A stretch of 63,850 nt of DNA, filler included, from Octopus bimaculoides (GCF_001194135.2; 7 parts of 7 records of this genome joined end to end with filler, not necessarily neighbours in it); one strand, 5' to 3'. Positions 26,903 to 39,197 are shown, counted from the first letter of the whole stretch. Made by a program: numbers and translations. Notes: a model not told the origin generated them from the letters alone.

Positions 26903-27430
26903 TATAATGACTTTTTAAAGTTATTTCTACAGATGTTCTATAGGAATAAGAGCCAGCACTGAGAATTATGATCTTTCGTATATAAATATGTTTATGTAAA
27001 TGATACTTGGTAGTGTATTCATTTAACATCTGCCAAGCTGGAATAGGTTGGACAGTTTGACAGGAGTTGACCAGGTAGAAGACTACCTCAGGCTACTGTC
27101 TCTGCTTTGGCAGGGTTTTTTCTGGCTGGATGCTCTTCCTCACACCAACCACCCTGCAGAGTAGACTGAATGCTTTTTACATGGCACCAACACAGGTGAG
27201 GTCAGTTTTGGCATGGTTTTTACAGCTGAATACCTTCCAATTGCCAACCACTCCACAGTGTGGACTGGATGCATTTCATGTGGCATCAACACTGGTAGGG
27301 TCACTAAGTAACTTGCAAAACAAGGAATTTTTTGCGAGGAGAGAGGATATTGGAGGAGGTGATCATGTGTCAGATGATGAAAAGTCAGGTTACAGAGAAA
27401 CACGGACACCTGTCTTGCTATTAATATATA

Positions 27431-27569
27431 GAGGGTGAGCCAAAAGTAGGTGGACAATAAAAAAACACCAAAAACATAGTTGCAACATAGTTATAATAAA
27501 CAATTGCATTAATACAGCTCGTACATAAACCTATTCCAAATACTGTCCACCTACTTTTGGCTCACCCTG
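27431..27569. mobile_element. Tc1/mariner-type MITE
   Basis: 26-bp TIR agggtgagccaaaagtaggtggaca, TA on both sides. Confidence 0.85.
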
Positions 27570-27574
27570 TATGT

Positions 27575-29010
27575 ACCAGTTGCCAGGAATATGTTTAATA
27601 TGTAAAATTGATATATCCAAATGTGTAACAGTGCTAAATTTAGTGGCTATTTAACCCTTCAGCATTCAGATTATACTGTCAAATACAATGCTTATTTATT
27701 CAAATTGTTTTGAATTAATCCTGGATTATCTCATAGCTTCAAGATTTCAATGATGTGATTGTTGGTTTTCAAAATGACATTGTAGGGGAGGTGTAAGAGA
27801 CAAGACCCAGCCTGTTTGGACATGAAACAGGTAGAATATTTAGGTTGGATATGGCTGGTTTAAATGCTAAAGGGTTAAGCAATGTGTTCATTGGTGATTA
27901 ATGAATTGGATGTGGTACCAAAGTAACTCCTGAAATATACATTTTCACCCATTACCTATTTTTCTATTTTTGATTGCACTGTTTACAGAGACATATTCAT
28001 ATACACATTGTCATAACTTTCAGAGATAGCTTTAATTTTTCCATTGTGTCGGACAGTCGTTCTCTTTTAGTGCCTTATTATTTAACACACTCACTGGTTC
28101 GATTTCCACTCATTTATTTATTTTTTAATTTTTGTTGCATCTTGTAACCTTTACAATAGTCATTGATACTCTTTAATTTTTCTAGAAAGTTGGTATTGAT
28201 AACTTTAAAATGTGATTGAATCACACTGCTAAACACAGTAGGACACAGTATTGACTTATAAAAGACTTGGTTGTATATTATAGTTACATAACAAAATACA
28301 GTGTCTCTATGAGCAATTAATATGCACATAACATTTGTCAGGAATATGTTTAATATGTTAAGTTGGTATATCCATTTGTGTCATACCACAAAATTTAGTG
28401 GCTATTTAAACAATGTTTTTATGGATGGCTAATGGGTTGGATGTGGTACTGAAGAAGGAAAAGACCTCCTGAAATATGCATATTTGCTCATCAGCTATTT
28501 TTCTATCTTCAATCACATTGTTTGCATAGATGTATTTGTATATGCATCATTGTAACTTTCAGAGGTAGCTTTAAATTGTCTAGAAAATCTGTAAAGATAA
28601 TTTTAAAAAGTGATTGAATCACACTGCTAACATGAAAGTAGGACACAGTCTTGACTCGTAAAGCTTTTAACAGACTTAGTAGTTTATTACAGTTGCATAA
28701 CAAAATACGGAGTCCTCACCAGCAATTAATATATATGTAGTGACCAACTATTTAAACAATGTTTTTGTTGATGGTGAATGGGTTGGATGTGGTGCTGAAG
28801 AAAGAGCAAGAACTGAAATATAAATGTATATATATATATTTATATATACACACACCCATTTCCTATATTTTTCTATCTTCAGTCGCATTGTTTTCATAGA
28901 TATATTCATATATGCATCATCGTAAATTTCAGTACTGGCTATAATTTCTATAGGAAATCTGTAGAGATAACCTTTATAAAGTGACTGAAATGCATTGCTA
29001 ACATAAGCCT
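27575..29010. repeat. Diverged tandem triplication of a roughly 400-bp unit
   Basis: Shared anchors aggaatatgtttaatatg, ttggatgtggt and gtgattgaatcacactgctaa in units starting about 27580, 28335 and 28745. Confidence 0.75.
27655..27874. mobile_element. piggyBac-type MITE
   Basis: TTAA|CCCTT...AAGGG|TTAA; empty single-TTAA site in the paralogous tandem unit near 28406. Confidence 0.85.
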
Positions 29011-29097
29011 TTAATATACTTGTCCCTATTAGCAAGGTAATTTTTCCATGAACCAGGGGATCATGCTCATAATGGAATACAATGAAGTGCATAATAT

Positions 29098-30107
29098 TGT
29101 TACAAACGCCGCACGCGCAAGACCTTCGTTGAGAAAACTTGCGTGCGCAACGACGGCGCTCAGTGAATCAGGATGTCCACAAAGCCTGCGAAGCACGTAA
29201 CGATGACAAACAAAAAGAAATAACAGACCATACGTTGCATAGTCAAACAACTTTTTTTTCAAAACAAAACAAATACATTCAATTACAATAGTTCTTGCTT
29301 TTAAAATAACACATTTAACAAAGTTTCCAAACATTTAACATTACAAAGTTTCTTTTCTTTTCAACCATCCAACATCACAAAGTTTTTCAATCATTTTACA
29401 TCACAAAGTTCGTTTATCAGGAGTCATTAACAAAGTTCTTTTGTTTCTTTTCTTTTTACAACACAGTTAACAAGAGTTCTTTTTTTTTTTCTCTTCTTTT
29501 CTTTTAAAAACATTTAACAACAGTTAACAGAGTTCTTTCTTTTCTTCACAAAAACATATAACAACACAAGTACATTTTCTTTAAAAATATAAGCAAACAT
29601 TTACCGTAACAAATTACTTCTTCCAACCAACGCAGTCTCCCACTACATCACTTTGCCACAACAGTTCCCTCTCTCTCACTGACTCTATCCATTTTGCTGA
29701 CTGGTACCTTCTGTCAATAGCCGCTCTCTCTCAGTGTCTATCACCGACTACTCTGTCCATCTGGCTTCTTCACTCCACTTGTTCTTCACCGACTGACCGC
29801 CTTTACACCGACTAGGGTTCCAAATCTATGCTCCTGTATTTATGACAGATAATCAGCCAGAAAGATAGACATACCGTAGCTCACAGTGCTGCGTTCCCCC
29901 CTCCAAAGCTGGGTCGGTTTACTCACAGTTCCTATCTGCTTTTAAACTTTCGATGACCGGAAAGGGTCAGAGATCACATTCCTACGGCCATAAATAACCG
30001 TGCTCGTTGACAGGACAAAGGAAATACCACTGTCCTGAACAACTAGAGCACAGTTTCAAACCCAACTCGTGGAAGAGGGACATAACGTTTTTTTGGCGTT
30101 CATATCA
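29098..30107 (-). mobile_element. Solo LTR (about 1 kb) with 4-bp ATAT TSD
   Basis: TG...CA ends with imperfect inverted termini (tgttacaaacgcc / tgatatgaacgcc); ATAT at 29094-29097 and 30108-30111; TATA-like CATAAATA on the minus strand near 29840. Confidence 0.65.
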
Positions 30108-30181
30108 ATATATAATTTAATTATTACATATATATTTAACTATTACACATATAATATATACATATTTAACTATTACATATA

Positions 30182-30443
30182 CTAGCAGAAAGATCGTCCT
30201 CTGGACGGTTTTCTGCTGGCCCCCTGATGATATTTTTACATTTGATTCCCGGTTCTAATAATTTTTATATTTTACGTCTAATTATTTCTTTGTATAATAG
30301 GGCTTACTTGCTTAGTATACATGTTGAAGTGAATCTAACGGTTTTTGTGTTTCTTAAATGGCGTATAAACATCTTCCATGCTGCAATTGTTTTCGTTCCA
30401 GCACACGATCTCAGATCAGGTCACTTGCTATGCAAGTACATTT

Positions 30444-30445
<2 letters not shown>
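30182..30445 (-). mobile_element. Helitron 3' end fragment
   Basis: Minus strand ends ccagcagaaaaccgtccagaggacgatctttctg-CTAG|T (hairpin plus CTAG); part is shared with 53200-53280. Confidence 0.55.
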
Positions 30446-30487
<42 letters not shown>

Positions 30488-30636
30488 TAGTTTTAGGGNN
30501 NNNNNNNNCTTGGTTCTTTTCCCTAAAACTATATATTTATATATATATTTTATCTATAAAGCTCAATTTAATTTTAATTTTTTATAAATTGATTTTAATT
30601 GAGTTTTTACCTGTAATTTTGGATTTTGTCCCTAAT

Positions 30637-30668
<32 letters not shown>

Positions 30669-31084
30669 TATATATATTTCTCCAAAATCATGGAGTAGGA
30701 GTAAATGGTGAGGGGAGAGGAGAAGAAATAGTAATTCAGTCAAGGAGAAGTAGTGAGAGTAATAGCCATGACTGAGAAGGAGTGAGAGAAAGTATTAGCA
30801 ATGAGAGAGAGGAAGTGGTAAGAAGAGCATCAGGTATCTTCTACTATAATAACTCTGTATTTCTCAGATACAATATATGAATGAGAAAGGAAGGGGTGAT
30901 CCACTGATGGAAGTGGGATGGTAAAAAGTCAATGGTGAAACAAAAATCAGTGCTTCAACTCTGTGTGAGTATATGTGTGTGTGTGTGTGTGTGTAAAGGG
31001 GAGGAATGTGAATATTTGTGTATGTGTATTTGTCTAAAATATATTTATATATCTGAGCGAGTGTATGTGTGTTTGTGTATGATT

Positions 31085-31415
31085 ATTTAGGGCAGCAGAC
31101 TTGCAGTCATAGGATCGCGGTTTCGATTCCCAGACAGGGCCTTGTGAGTGTTTATTGAGCGAAATCACCTAAAGCTCCACGAGGCTCCGGCAGGGGATGG
31201 TGGCAAACCCTGCTGTACTCTTCCGTCACAACTTTCTCTCACTCTTACTTCCTGTTTCTGTTGTGCCTGTAATTCAAAGGGTCAGCCTTGTCACACTGTG
31301 TCACGCTGAATATCCCTGAGAACTACGTTGAGGGTACACGTGTCTGTGGAGTGCTCAGCCACTTACACGTTCATTTCACGAGCAGGCTGTTCCGTTGATC
31401 GGATCAACTGGAACA
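31085..31415 (+). mobile_element. SINE family C
   Basis: Aligns along its length with 49672-50041. Confidence 0.8.
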
Positions 31416-31447
31416 TATAAAATGCAAAAACATCCTGAAGACTGCAA

Positions 31448-32261
31448 TCTATATATATATAAAAATGAGAATGTGTGTCTGTCTATCTGTCTGTGTGAAT
31501 CCCTAAAACTCGAGAACTACACAACCAATTTCATTCAAATTTTACACATGCCTTACTTAGGGTCCCGGTTGTGTTTTAGTTAAAAAAAATTTTTAACTTC
31601 TTGCATAGTTCAAGCCCACAGCAACAATATCTCTCCCATTATTTAAGTATTACGTGTCAAAAGTGAAACAAAAACACTCATGTCAAATACTTTCACTTTA
31701 AAAATGAAACTATTCCACTAACTGAAACAATCACATTTCGATACTGTATTGACAGATACTTTCACTTTAATGGTGTATATATACTTATATATATAGAGAG
31801 AGATGTATATGTATACATATAGATGTATATGTACACGTATATGTATAGATATAGATCTATATGCATACAAATGTGTAGATGTATATATATAGATGTACAT
31901 GTAATATGTACACATATACATGCATACAGATATCTATACATATATACACCCATCACACATTAGTCATTTGTTTTCTTATCCAAAACTACGTCAAAAGTAC
32001 TGAATGGATCTTTATGAAATTTGGAAATTATATTCTATGCATAACGGCCATAACTCCCATGAAAATTCATAGTATCAATAGTATGGGATACGTGTCTCAT
32101 GATTAGAATTTTTTTAGGGTGTGTAGAGAGGGAAAGAACCCTCATGTACAATTTTCATGAAATTCAAATCAAATGTATTCCAGTTCCTTACAGAAAATAT
32201 TATAGAAAATTCTCATTCTTCAATTGCATGTAATACTGGCAACGCCGGGTATCTCTGCTAG
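31448..32261 (+). mobile_element. Non-autonomous Helitron
   Basis: 5' TC after A, 3' gcaacgccgggtatctctg-CTAG before T, no TSD, internal microsatellites. Confidence 0.8.
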
Positions 32262-32350
32262 TAGTCAATAAAATAGAAATAAAACTTGAAAATTTATTCT
32301 TTCTGTTGTAGGGGATTAGTAATATCTGTGTATATAGAATGCAGTTACTG

Positions 32351-34459
32351 TTATATGTGAACAACTTCATGTTTAGTTAAATCACTACTTTGAGAGAATG
32401 ATTTACCACAGATATCACATTGATGTGGCTTTTCTCCTGTATGAGTACGTTTGTGTTGACTTAAATTACTAGTTTGAGAAAATGATTTACCACAGATATC
32501 ACAGTGGTATGGTTTTTCTCCTGTATGAGTACGCTTGTGTATAATCAAATAACCAGATTTGGAGAATGATTTACCACAGATATCACAGTGATATGGTTTT
32601 TCTCCTGTATGAGTACGTTTGTGCTTAGTCAAGTCACCAGAGAATGACAGACCACAGATATCACAGTGATATGGCTTTTCTCCTGTATGAGTACGTTTGT
32701 GTTTAGCCAGGTTACTACTTTGAAAGAATGTCTTACCACAGATATCACAGTGGTATGGCTTCTCTCCTGTATGAATATGTTTGTGTTTGGTTAAGGCACT
32801 TCTGTCGGAGAATGATTTATTGCAGATATCACAGTAATATGGTTTCTCTCCTGTATGAATGCGTTCATGTCTTGTTAAGTTACTTCTTTCAGAGAATGAT
32901 TTACTACAGATATCACAGTGGTATGGTTTTTCGCCAGTATGGATTCGTTTGTGATTAGTTACATGGCCAACTACAGAGAATGTTTTACCGCAGATATCGC
33001 AGTGATATGGTTTTTCTCCTGTATGAGTGCGTTTGTGGTTAGTCAAGTCACCAGAGAATGATTTACCACAGATATCACAGTGATATGGTTTTTCTCCTGT
33101 GTGAGTACGTTTATGTTTAGAGAGATCATCATTTCTAGGGAATGATTTACCACAGATATCACAGTGATATGGTTTTTCTCCTGTATGAGTACGTTTGTGG
33201 TTAGTCAAGTCACCAGAGAATGACTGACCACAGATATCACAGTGATATGGCTTCTCACCAGTATGAATACGTTTGTGTGTAGCCAGGTTACTACTTTGCG
33301 AGAATGATTTACTACAAATATCACAGTGATACGGTTTCTCTCCTGTATGAATATGTTTGTGTTTAGCCAGGTTACTACTTTGCGAGAATGATTTATTGCA
33401 GATATCACAGTAATATGGTTTCTCTCCTGTATGAATGCATTTATGTCTTGTTAAATAATTACTTTGAGAGAATGATTTACTACAGATATCACAATGATAA
33501 GGCATCTCTCCTGTATGAATACGTTTGTGTTTTGTTAAACCATTATTTTCAGAGAATGTCTTACCACAGATATCACAGTGATACGGTTTCTCGGCTGTAT
33601 GAATATGTTTATGTTTGGTTAAGGCACTTCTGTCGGAGAATGATTTATTGCAGATATCACAGTAATATGGTTTCTCTCCTGTATGAATGCGTTCATGTCT
33701 TGTTAAGTTACTTCTTTCAGAGAATGATTTACTACAGATATCACAGTGGTATGGTTTTTCACCAGTATGGATTCGTTTGTGATTAGTTACATGGCCAATT
33801 ACAGAGAATGTTTTACCGCAGATATCACAGTGATATGGTTTTTCTCTTGTATGAGTGCGTTTGTGGTTAGTTAAGTGCACATTAAGAGAGAACAACTTAC
33901 CACAGATATCACAGTGGTATCGCTTTTCTCCAGAATGAACACGTTTATGATAAATCAAGTTTTCATTACAAGAGAAGAATTTACCACAGATGTCACAGTG
34001 ATATGGTTTTTCTCCTGTATGAATGTTTTTGTGAGAAGTTAAATTGCATTTCTGAGTGAATGACTTGCCACAGATATCACAGTGATATGGTTTCTCTCCT
34101 GTATGAATATGTTTATGAGTAGTTAAACGTGAATTATGAGAGAAAAATGTACCACAAATATCACACTGATATGGTTTTTCTCCTGTATGGATGTGTTTGT
34201 GAGTAGTTAAATTGCATTTCTGAGAGAACGATTTACCACAGATGTCGCAGTGAAATGGTTCTTCTCCTGTGTGAGTACGTCTGTGAGTTGTGAGGTGAAA
34301 TTTTTGGGAGAACAGTTTACCACAGATGTCACAGTGGTAGGACGTTTTACCTTTCTTTTTTGTTATATCATCAGAAGAATCCATTGTTTTTACTGTACAT
34401 TTAACCTCATTCATACACAATTCATTTTCCATAGCTTTTCGTATTTCCCAAAAATACAT
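32351..34459 (-). CDS. C2H2 zinc-finger protein (ZNF-B), 24 tandem fingers, no KRAB or other effector domain visible; start may be the second ATG at 34432 (MENELC)
   Basis: 702-aa ORF: 40-aa leader then 24 (Y/F/H)xCDIC..H..H units with TGEKP-type linkers; AATAAA on the minus strand at 32293-32298. Confidence 0.95.
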   Translation of the reverse strand: MYFWEIRKAMENELCMNEVKCTVKTMDSSDDITKKKGKTSYHCDICGKLFSQKFHLTTHRRTHTGEEPFHCDICGKSFSQKCNLTTHKHIHTGEKPYQCDICGTFFSHNSRLTTHKHIHTGEKPYHCDICGKSFTQKCNLTSHKNIHTGEKPYHCDICGKFFSCNENLIYHKRVHSGEKRYHCDICGKLFSLNVHLTNHKRTHTREKPYHCDICGKTFSVIGHVTNHKRIHTGEKPYHCDICSKSFSERSNLTRHERIHTGEKPYYCDICNKSFSDRSALTKHKHIHTAEKPYHCDICGKTFSENNGLTKHKRIHTGEMPYHCDICSKSFSQSNYLTRHKCIHTGEKPYYCDICNKSFSQSSNLAKHKHIHTGEKPYHCDICSKSFSQSSNLATHKRIHTGEKPYHCDICGQSFSGDLTNHKRTHTGEKPYHCDICGKSFPRNDDLSKHKRTHTGEKPYHCDICGKSFSGDLTNHKRTHTGEKPYHCDICGKTFSVVGHVTNHKRIHTGEKPYHCDICSKSFSERSNLTRHERIHTGEKPYYCDICNKSFSDRSALTKHKHIHTGEKPYHCDICGKTFFQSSNLAKHKRTHTGEKPYHCDICGLSFSGDLTKHKRTHTGEKPYHCDICGKSFSKSGYLIIHKRTHTGEKPYHCDICGKSFSQTSNLSQHKRTHTGEKPHQCDICGKSFSQSSDLTKHEVVHI

Positions 34460-34524
34460 GGATGTTTTCTAATCATTCCGTTTTTATATCTTAAATATTT
34501 CATCTGCTATTCTTTCCAAAGACG

Positions 34525-34828
34525 TGGAGGTGCATGGCTCAGTGGTTAGGGCATTCAGCTCATAAGTTTGATTCCTAGTGGTGCATTGTATCCTTGAGCA
34601 AGACACTTTGCTTCATATTGCTCCAGTCCAATCAGCTGGAAAAAATGAGTTGTACCTGTATTTCAAAGGGCTGGCAGCCTTGTCACATTCTGAATCTCCC
34701 TGAGAACTACATTAAGGGGTCACGTGTCTGTGGATTGCTCAGCCACTTGCACATCGATTTTATAAACAGGGTGTTGCGTTGATCGGATCAACTGGAATTC
34801 TCGTCATAGTAACAGATGGAGTGCCAGT
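34525..34828 (+). mobile_element. SINE family C, antisense within the inferred 5' UTR of ZNF-B
   Basis: gtggaggtgcatggctcagtggttagg...ccttgagcaagacactt...gatcaactggaattc. Confidence 0.8.
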
Positions 34829-35230
34829 TATTTCCCACTAATGTGATCTTTCTTGATATCCAAATATACTGCAAACTCTGTAGTAAATTTTTCCAATTAA
34901 GAATATAAAATCATTTCATAAATTCTGCAGAAGAAATATTTCACAGTCATTCACAACAAATTTGTCCATGAGTAAAACATTTCATTCCAAATTGTTCACT
35001 CAGCTGATAAAACTGAGTTACCCTGCAATGAACTGGTATCCCTCCAGGGAGGAATATGTACACCAAAGAAACCAGGAAACCAACTTTATGCTCCTTAAGG
35101 AGTAATATGGATTAACCATTCACCACAGGGTTATATCTCTCGTGAGTCACATTGTTGATGATGTGTAATATTTAAAAGATGATAAATGGTGATACAAGCC
35201 ATCTTTTAATCTGCAATGTCATCTGGTATT

Positions 35231-35275
35231 CTGAAATAATAAAGAAAACAACAGTGTAAGATATAATAGAGGATA
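35231..35275 (-). other. Splice acceptor of the ZNF-B coding exon (exon begins 35230)
   Basis: tcctctattatatcttacactgttgttttctttattatttcag|aataccagatgacattg, homologous to the ZNF-C acceptor. Confidence 0.65.
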
Positions 35276-36419
35276 CTTGAAGTACAACAGTGGAAATTTA
35301 ACTACATTTCTGTACAAATAATCTGCAGAAATTAGGTTGGAACAAAAAGTGTGTACTGTTTTTTTTTTTAAGTAAAACTCAAAAACAATATTTAGATATT
35401 TGCACAATTCGTTATTTAACCATGTTTTGTACCATTACCTGTCACCATCTTTAAGGGAGTTTCTTGATTTCCTCTGCCCAGAATGAGGCATCTTTTGGGG
35501 TTAGGGTTAGGGTTTTTACTCTTTTGAAGAATTGAAGTTCTCCCCACTAAGAGTATTTCGAAGGGATCAAAAGGAATGGTAATCTGAAGGTGCAAGACCA
35601 GGTGAGTAGAGTGGATGTGATAGGACATCCTAGCCAAGCTGTACCAATTTCTGTGGCATCTGCAAGGAAACATGAAGTGTGTTGTTGTCCTGAGGAAAGT
35701 CAACACACTTCTGACTGTTCAATTCACAATGTTTTCCATCAAATGCCTCCTCTAATTGGGCTAATTGGGAATAATGACACTGGGTAACACGATTTTTGTC
35801 CTTGGGTAGCAACTGTTATTTCCTATTTGATTACCCTCAGAAAGTATGAAAAATGTCCAATATTTCCTGCAAATTTTACTTTTATTTAAACCCCAAAGAA
35901 TCCCTGCCAACACATGGCTATGACGCTTCCCCACTACTTCTGCTCATCATCAGAGATGCACATATTGTCAGCCACTAAGAGACATGCTCAACTGGTTAAG
36001 GTCAAACAACTGACAAGCAAATTTGTGGTACTGAGCAGAAATATTTGCTACAAAGATATTTCTGCTTGGACAACTCAGTACAGAATCTGTCTGAAACGTA
36101 ATGGAAAATAGGCAAATTTCAAGACATTGATGTCCAACTGACAAAAGCAAGGTTTGAAGGGAATGGTAGTGATTTCCTTTGATTTCGAGACAGAAGCAAA
36201 CAAGAAAGAACACTTACAGACCAAAGACAAAAAGAAAGTCAAAATGGTCTAAATTCAACATATGATTTTGCAGATGGAGCTAAAAGTCCACAATGCCCTT
36301 CCAATTCCACCAGATACAGAGCATCACCTTCTTTGGATGCTAACTGGCTTTTGGAGGGATTAAAAGAGGTTCATTTCATTTTCTCCAAGATCTTTTTTCA
36401 CTCCACTTTTTTGTAAACA

Positions 36420-36780
36420 TGCTATTTTTAGCATCACCTGTGATCATTGTTTTCGAAAATGGAGTTTTGCTGCATTTGAGAAGTGAATCACAGAGGGAAA
36501 TGCAGCCCTTCTTTTTTTTTTTTTCTTTTTTTTTCTTTTTGTTAAATTATGTGACACCCAAGCACCATAATGGTGGTTCGTGTATCCAAGTTTTTCTAAA
36601 TGCCTTATAATGCTCATATGACATATGTGGAATATCTCTGTGATGTTTTCTCTTGTGTGACCTGAATTACTTTTGATCAGCATTTCAATTTGGTCATCAT
36701 CAGTGACTGTAGGCTTGCCAGAACATAAGGGCCATTTAGCTATTGCTTTTAGCACATCTCACGACCACCTGATACCTTCT
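36420..36780 (-). mobile_element. Mariner transposase HTH-region fragment
   Basis: SGKPTVTDDDQIEMLIKSN...IIRHLEKLGY...GAWVSHNLT (WVPHEL-like). Confidence 0.75.
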
Positions 36781-37170
36781 TCGTTCATTCTGACATGAAT
36801 TGATGTTTTTCAATATTTTCTCTTCAGAAACATATTTAATGGAACGATGCAGCATTGAAGACTGGTCAATTGCTGGGATTTAAGCAAAAAATTCGGACTG
36901 TCCGTATTTTAAACTCTGATTTTAAAAAATATTTGTAATAGAATGGAACTTTTAAGATTTATGGTAGCAGGGAGTAAACATTAAAAGAAACGAGGAAGGT
37001 ATCGGGTGGTCGTGGGATGTGCTAAAAATAACAGCTAAATCGCCCTTAAATCACACACACACAATTCTTTGCATATTTGTATGAATTTCCGAATGTAGTA
37101 CTCAACTTTGCAAAAGGTTTTCCGAAAATTCTTAAAACTAAAAAAGTTATGAGGGGTTATATGGCGTGCT

Positions 37171-37400
37171 GGCGATCTTTCGATACCAGTACGAAATATC
37201 GGCCTTTTCCGTAAAAAGTGCCTTAGGCGATCTTTACCAAAGATCGGCCTTTTCCGTAAAAAGTGTTGGAGGGAAAGAGGGTTACAGATAGGGTTTGGGT
37301 TAGGGAATTCCCTCCCTAACCGTAACCCTAACACCCGAGTGAAGATCGTGTGAGTATTACGGAAAAGGCCGATATTTCGTACTGGTATCGAAAGATCGCC
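37171..37400. mobile_element. Merlin-like MITE with internal TTAGGG-like repeats
   Basis: Perfect 44-bp TIRs starting GGCGA; 8-bp TSD GGCGTGCT. Confidence 0.8.
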
Positions 37401-37580
37401 GGCGTGCTTAACTAGAATTTCGCGAAAGTTTTAAAGGTTCATGGACGTAAAAGATGATGGATATATAAAAGGTTTATGGATATGAAAGAGAAGTAGACAG
37501 ATCGAAGGGCAGGTCGATAGACAGGCAGTTTAACATACAAGTCACGTGACTTGTAGAGAACCTTATAAAACGATACTTAC

Positions 37581-38029
37581 CTAATTATGCAATTATAAAA
37601 TGTAATAATGAGAGCTATATCGAAGGAAGGCAAATTGATAAACTATATTTATCATACTTCTAATGATCAACCTGTGTAATTAATTAATTAGCGGAGTTAA
37701 TTACCAAGGCAACGTAAACATGTTTGCAACGTTCCTGAATTTACTGAAGAGTGAAAGATGACATGACGGAAGTGACATTGACTGCATACGAAAAACTGAC
37801 CTCTAATCACTAGAGATTGCTAAAACAGTTTCCTGTTGTTGTTGGTGTTGGTTCAGTGGATTGGATTTGTTGTAGAATATTGAAAGAATATTGTCTAATT
37901 CATAGAATAATTGAAACGGAATAACAACTGGTGGGGGAGAAAAAACAAAGCAAACAAAGAGAACGTTAACGATGAAGGTGACGCGTTGACTTGGAAAGAT
38001 GGGAAACAGAAATTGATGGAGAAATACAA
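37581..38029. promoter_or_regulatory. Putative bidirectional promoter and non-coding first exons of ZNF-B and ZNF-C
   Basis: Minus-strand donor AG|GTAAGTAT (intron starts 37580), plus-strand donor CAA|GTAAGT (intron starts 38030), ETS-type CGGAAGTG at 37767-37774. Confidence 0.6.
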
Positions 38030-38334
38030 GTAAGTCTTTTTACTCAGCGACTGATTTGTAGCTCGCAGCGATCTTTCGCAGATGGTATATCAAAACTGAA
38101 ACTATTTGTTCGGTAGTTTCCGTAAGAAAATGTTTAATCAATTTTTTTTTCTTTCAGCAAAATCACTTGTGTTCATGTATCTTTTTGTGTATGTATGGCT
38201 ATCTTTCGATAAAGTATATGTATGTATATACGTGCATGTATGTTTGTGTATGTAAGTAATCTATATGTGTATATATGTATGTGTTTATATGCATTGCAGA
38301 AATATATGTTAACACAGAACGCACTCAATCTCAT

Positions 38335-39197
38335 AGATCTTTGACTAGTTTCAGTCATTTTGACTGCGGTCATGCTGGAGCAGCGCTGTAATGGGTTTCA
38401 GTTGAAGGAATTGACAACAGGACTTACTTATTGTAAGCCTAGTACTTATTCGGCACTATCATAAAGAAGTGAAAGTGCTCGCTGCTAGTGAAGTATCTGT
38501 CTGTCTGTCTGCATGCCTGTGGCCGGAGCGAGCTATATGTCTGTCTGTCTGTCTCTCTATCTATCTATCTATCTATTACTCGAAAGTTCGCGCGTCCGCG
38601 CTAGCTAGTCGTGAGTGGTCGATCCTATTATTTTTAAACTTCAAACTTCATTTGTTTTCTATTTTGATAAATTCTCTCTGTTGAAAATTATATTTTTATA
38701 TTTTAAATAATTTGCAATTTCAGGAAATATGTTTTTATATTAAATTTGTGTTTTCTACTCACGACTAGCTAGCGCGGACGCGCGAACTTTCGAGTAATAG
38801 ATAGATAGAGAGAGAGACAGACAGACAGACATATAGCTCGCTCCGGCCAGTCATGGTATTAGCTGTCAGTAGCCAAAGAATCGACAGGCAGACAGACAGA
38901 TACTTCACTAGCAGTGAGCACTTTCACTTCTGACAGCTAATAGCATGATAGTGCCACTTATTCTATCAGACACTTTTGCTGAACCGCTAAGTTACAGAGA
39001 CATAAACATTAGTTAAGTGATGATAAGGGGACATACATATATACGACGGGCTTCTTTCAGTTTCCGTCTGCCAAATCTTCTCACAAGGCTTTGGTCGGTG
39101 CGAGACTATAGTAGACACTTGCTTAAGGTACCACACAGTGGGAATGAACCCAGAGCCATCAGTTTGGGAAGTATGCTTCTCGCCACACAGCCACGCC
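38335..39197 (-). mobile_element. SINE family B split by a Merlin-like foldback MITE
   Basis: 3' part 38335-38451 and 5' part 38964-39197 rejoin at the duplicated site ACTTATTC. Confidence 0.8.
38452..38955. mobile_element. Merlin-like foldback MITE
   Basis: Termini GGCAC...GTGCC, 8-bp TSD ACTTATTC, long inverted arms. Confidence 0.8.

Noticed and set aside
27575-29010. Regularly repeated units as a possible CRISPR-like array
   Set aside because: Long diverged tandem duplicates without constant short repeats, unique spacers or cas genes; the context is eukaryotic.
32728-33786. Antisense ORFs over ZNF genes (MIYHRYH... type; also 22373-22855 and 40099-40497)
   Set aside because: Shadow frames produced by the 84-bp finger periodicity.
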